This document shows, piece by piece, positions 63,791 through 64,000 of a stretch of 64,000 nt of DNA (position 1 is its first letter; every line of letters begins with the position of its first letter). A model generated the notes under the pieces. It was not told the DNA's origin and searched no databases. It saw only the letters and a list, made by a program, of their open reading frames with translations. The stretch covers positions 48,181,877-48,245,876 of the forward strand of contig NC_057733.1 in the NCBI RefSeq assembly GCF_004010195.1, in the 5' to 3' direction. The translations under genes and the position numbers were made by a program. Source of the stretch: Chiloscyllium plagiosum. Its lineage: Eukaryota.

Positions 63791-64000
63791 TCTGTTCTGA
63801 TGATGCAAACTTCAACAAGGGGGCCACCAAAAGGTCAACCTTCTTCCTCAACTGAGGTTTCCTCACCACTGTGATTGATAGGGCCCTCAGCTATGTCCAA
63901 ACAATGCAGAACCTTGGCCCTAACTGTATCTCTCCTTCAACTGCTGATGGGGTTCTCTTTGTCCTTACCTACAATCTCAACAGCATCCACTCCAAAGATC

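Noticed and set aside
63796-63825. CTGATGA as another hammerhead core
   Set aside because: No stem II or GAAA follows; it reads as PLE coding sequence (SDDANFNKG).

Overview
Eukaryotic genomic DNA, almost certainly from a cartilaginous fish (shark-type CR1/HER1 LINEs, HE1-like V-SINEs and Penelope-like elements), with two assembly gaps (5829-5873, 23236-23812). It carries the vertebrate syntenic block POLG2-DDX5-CEP95. POLG2 (minus strand) is represented by three coding exons (24589-25108, 6998-7127, 4042-4147) and a probable non-coding first exon near 26730; the rest lies left of the window. DDX5/p68 (minus strand) is complete: 13 coding exons from 46572 to 35566, 1962 nt, 653 aa, all GT-AG with consistent phases. 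CEP95 (plus strand) is represented by its first four coding exons and shares a CpG-rich bidirectional promoter with DDX5. Most of the remainder is nested retroelement debris. The main non-genic signals are: (i) minimal hammerhead ribozyme motifs of two clear families (and possibly a third) carried by Penelope-like elements; (ii) a TSD-flanked, non-coding 232-nt hammerhead unit resembling a non-LTR retrozyme; (iii) short hammerhead cassettes that all start at the catalytic core; (iv) a mir-3064-like hairpin covering the DDX5 exon-12 acceptor, with other structured and poison-exon elements in intron 11; (v) a ~500-bp fold-back palindrome in DDX5 intron 3. Comparisons with human sequences are from memory and need checking by alignment.
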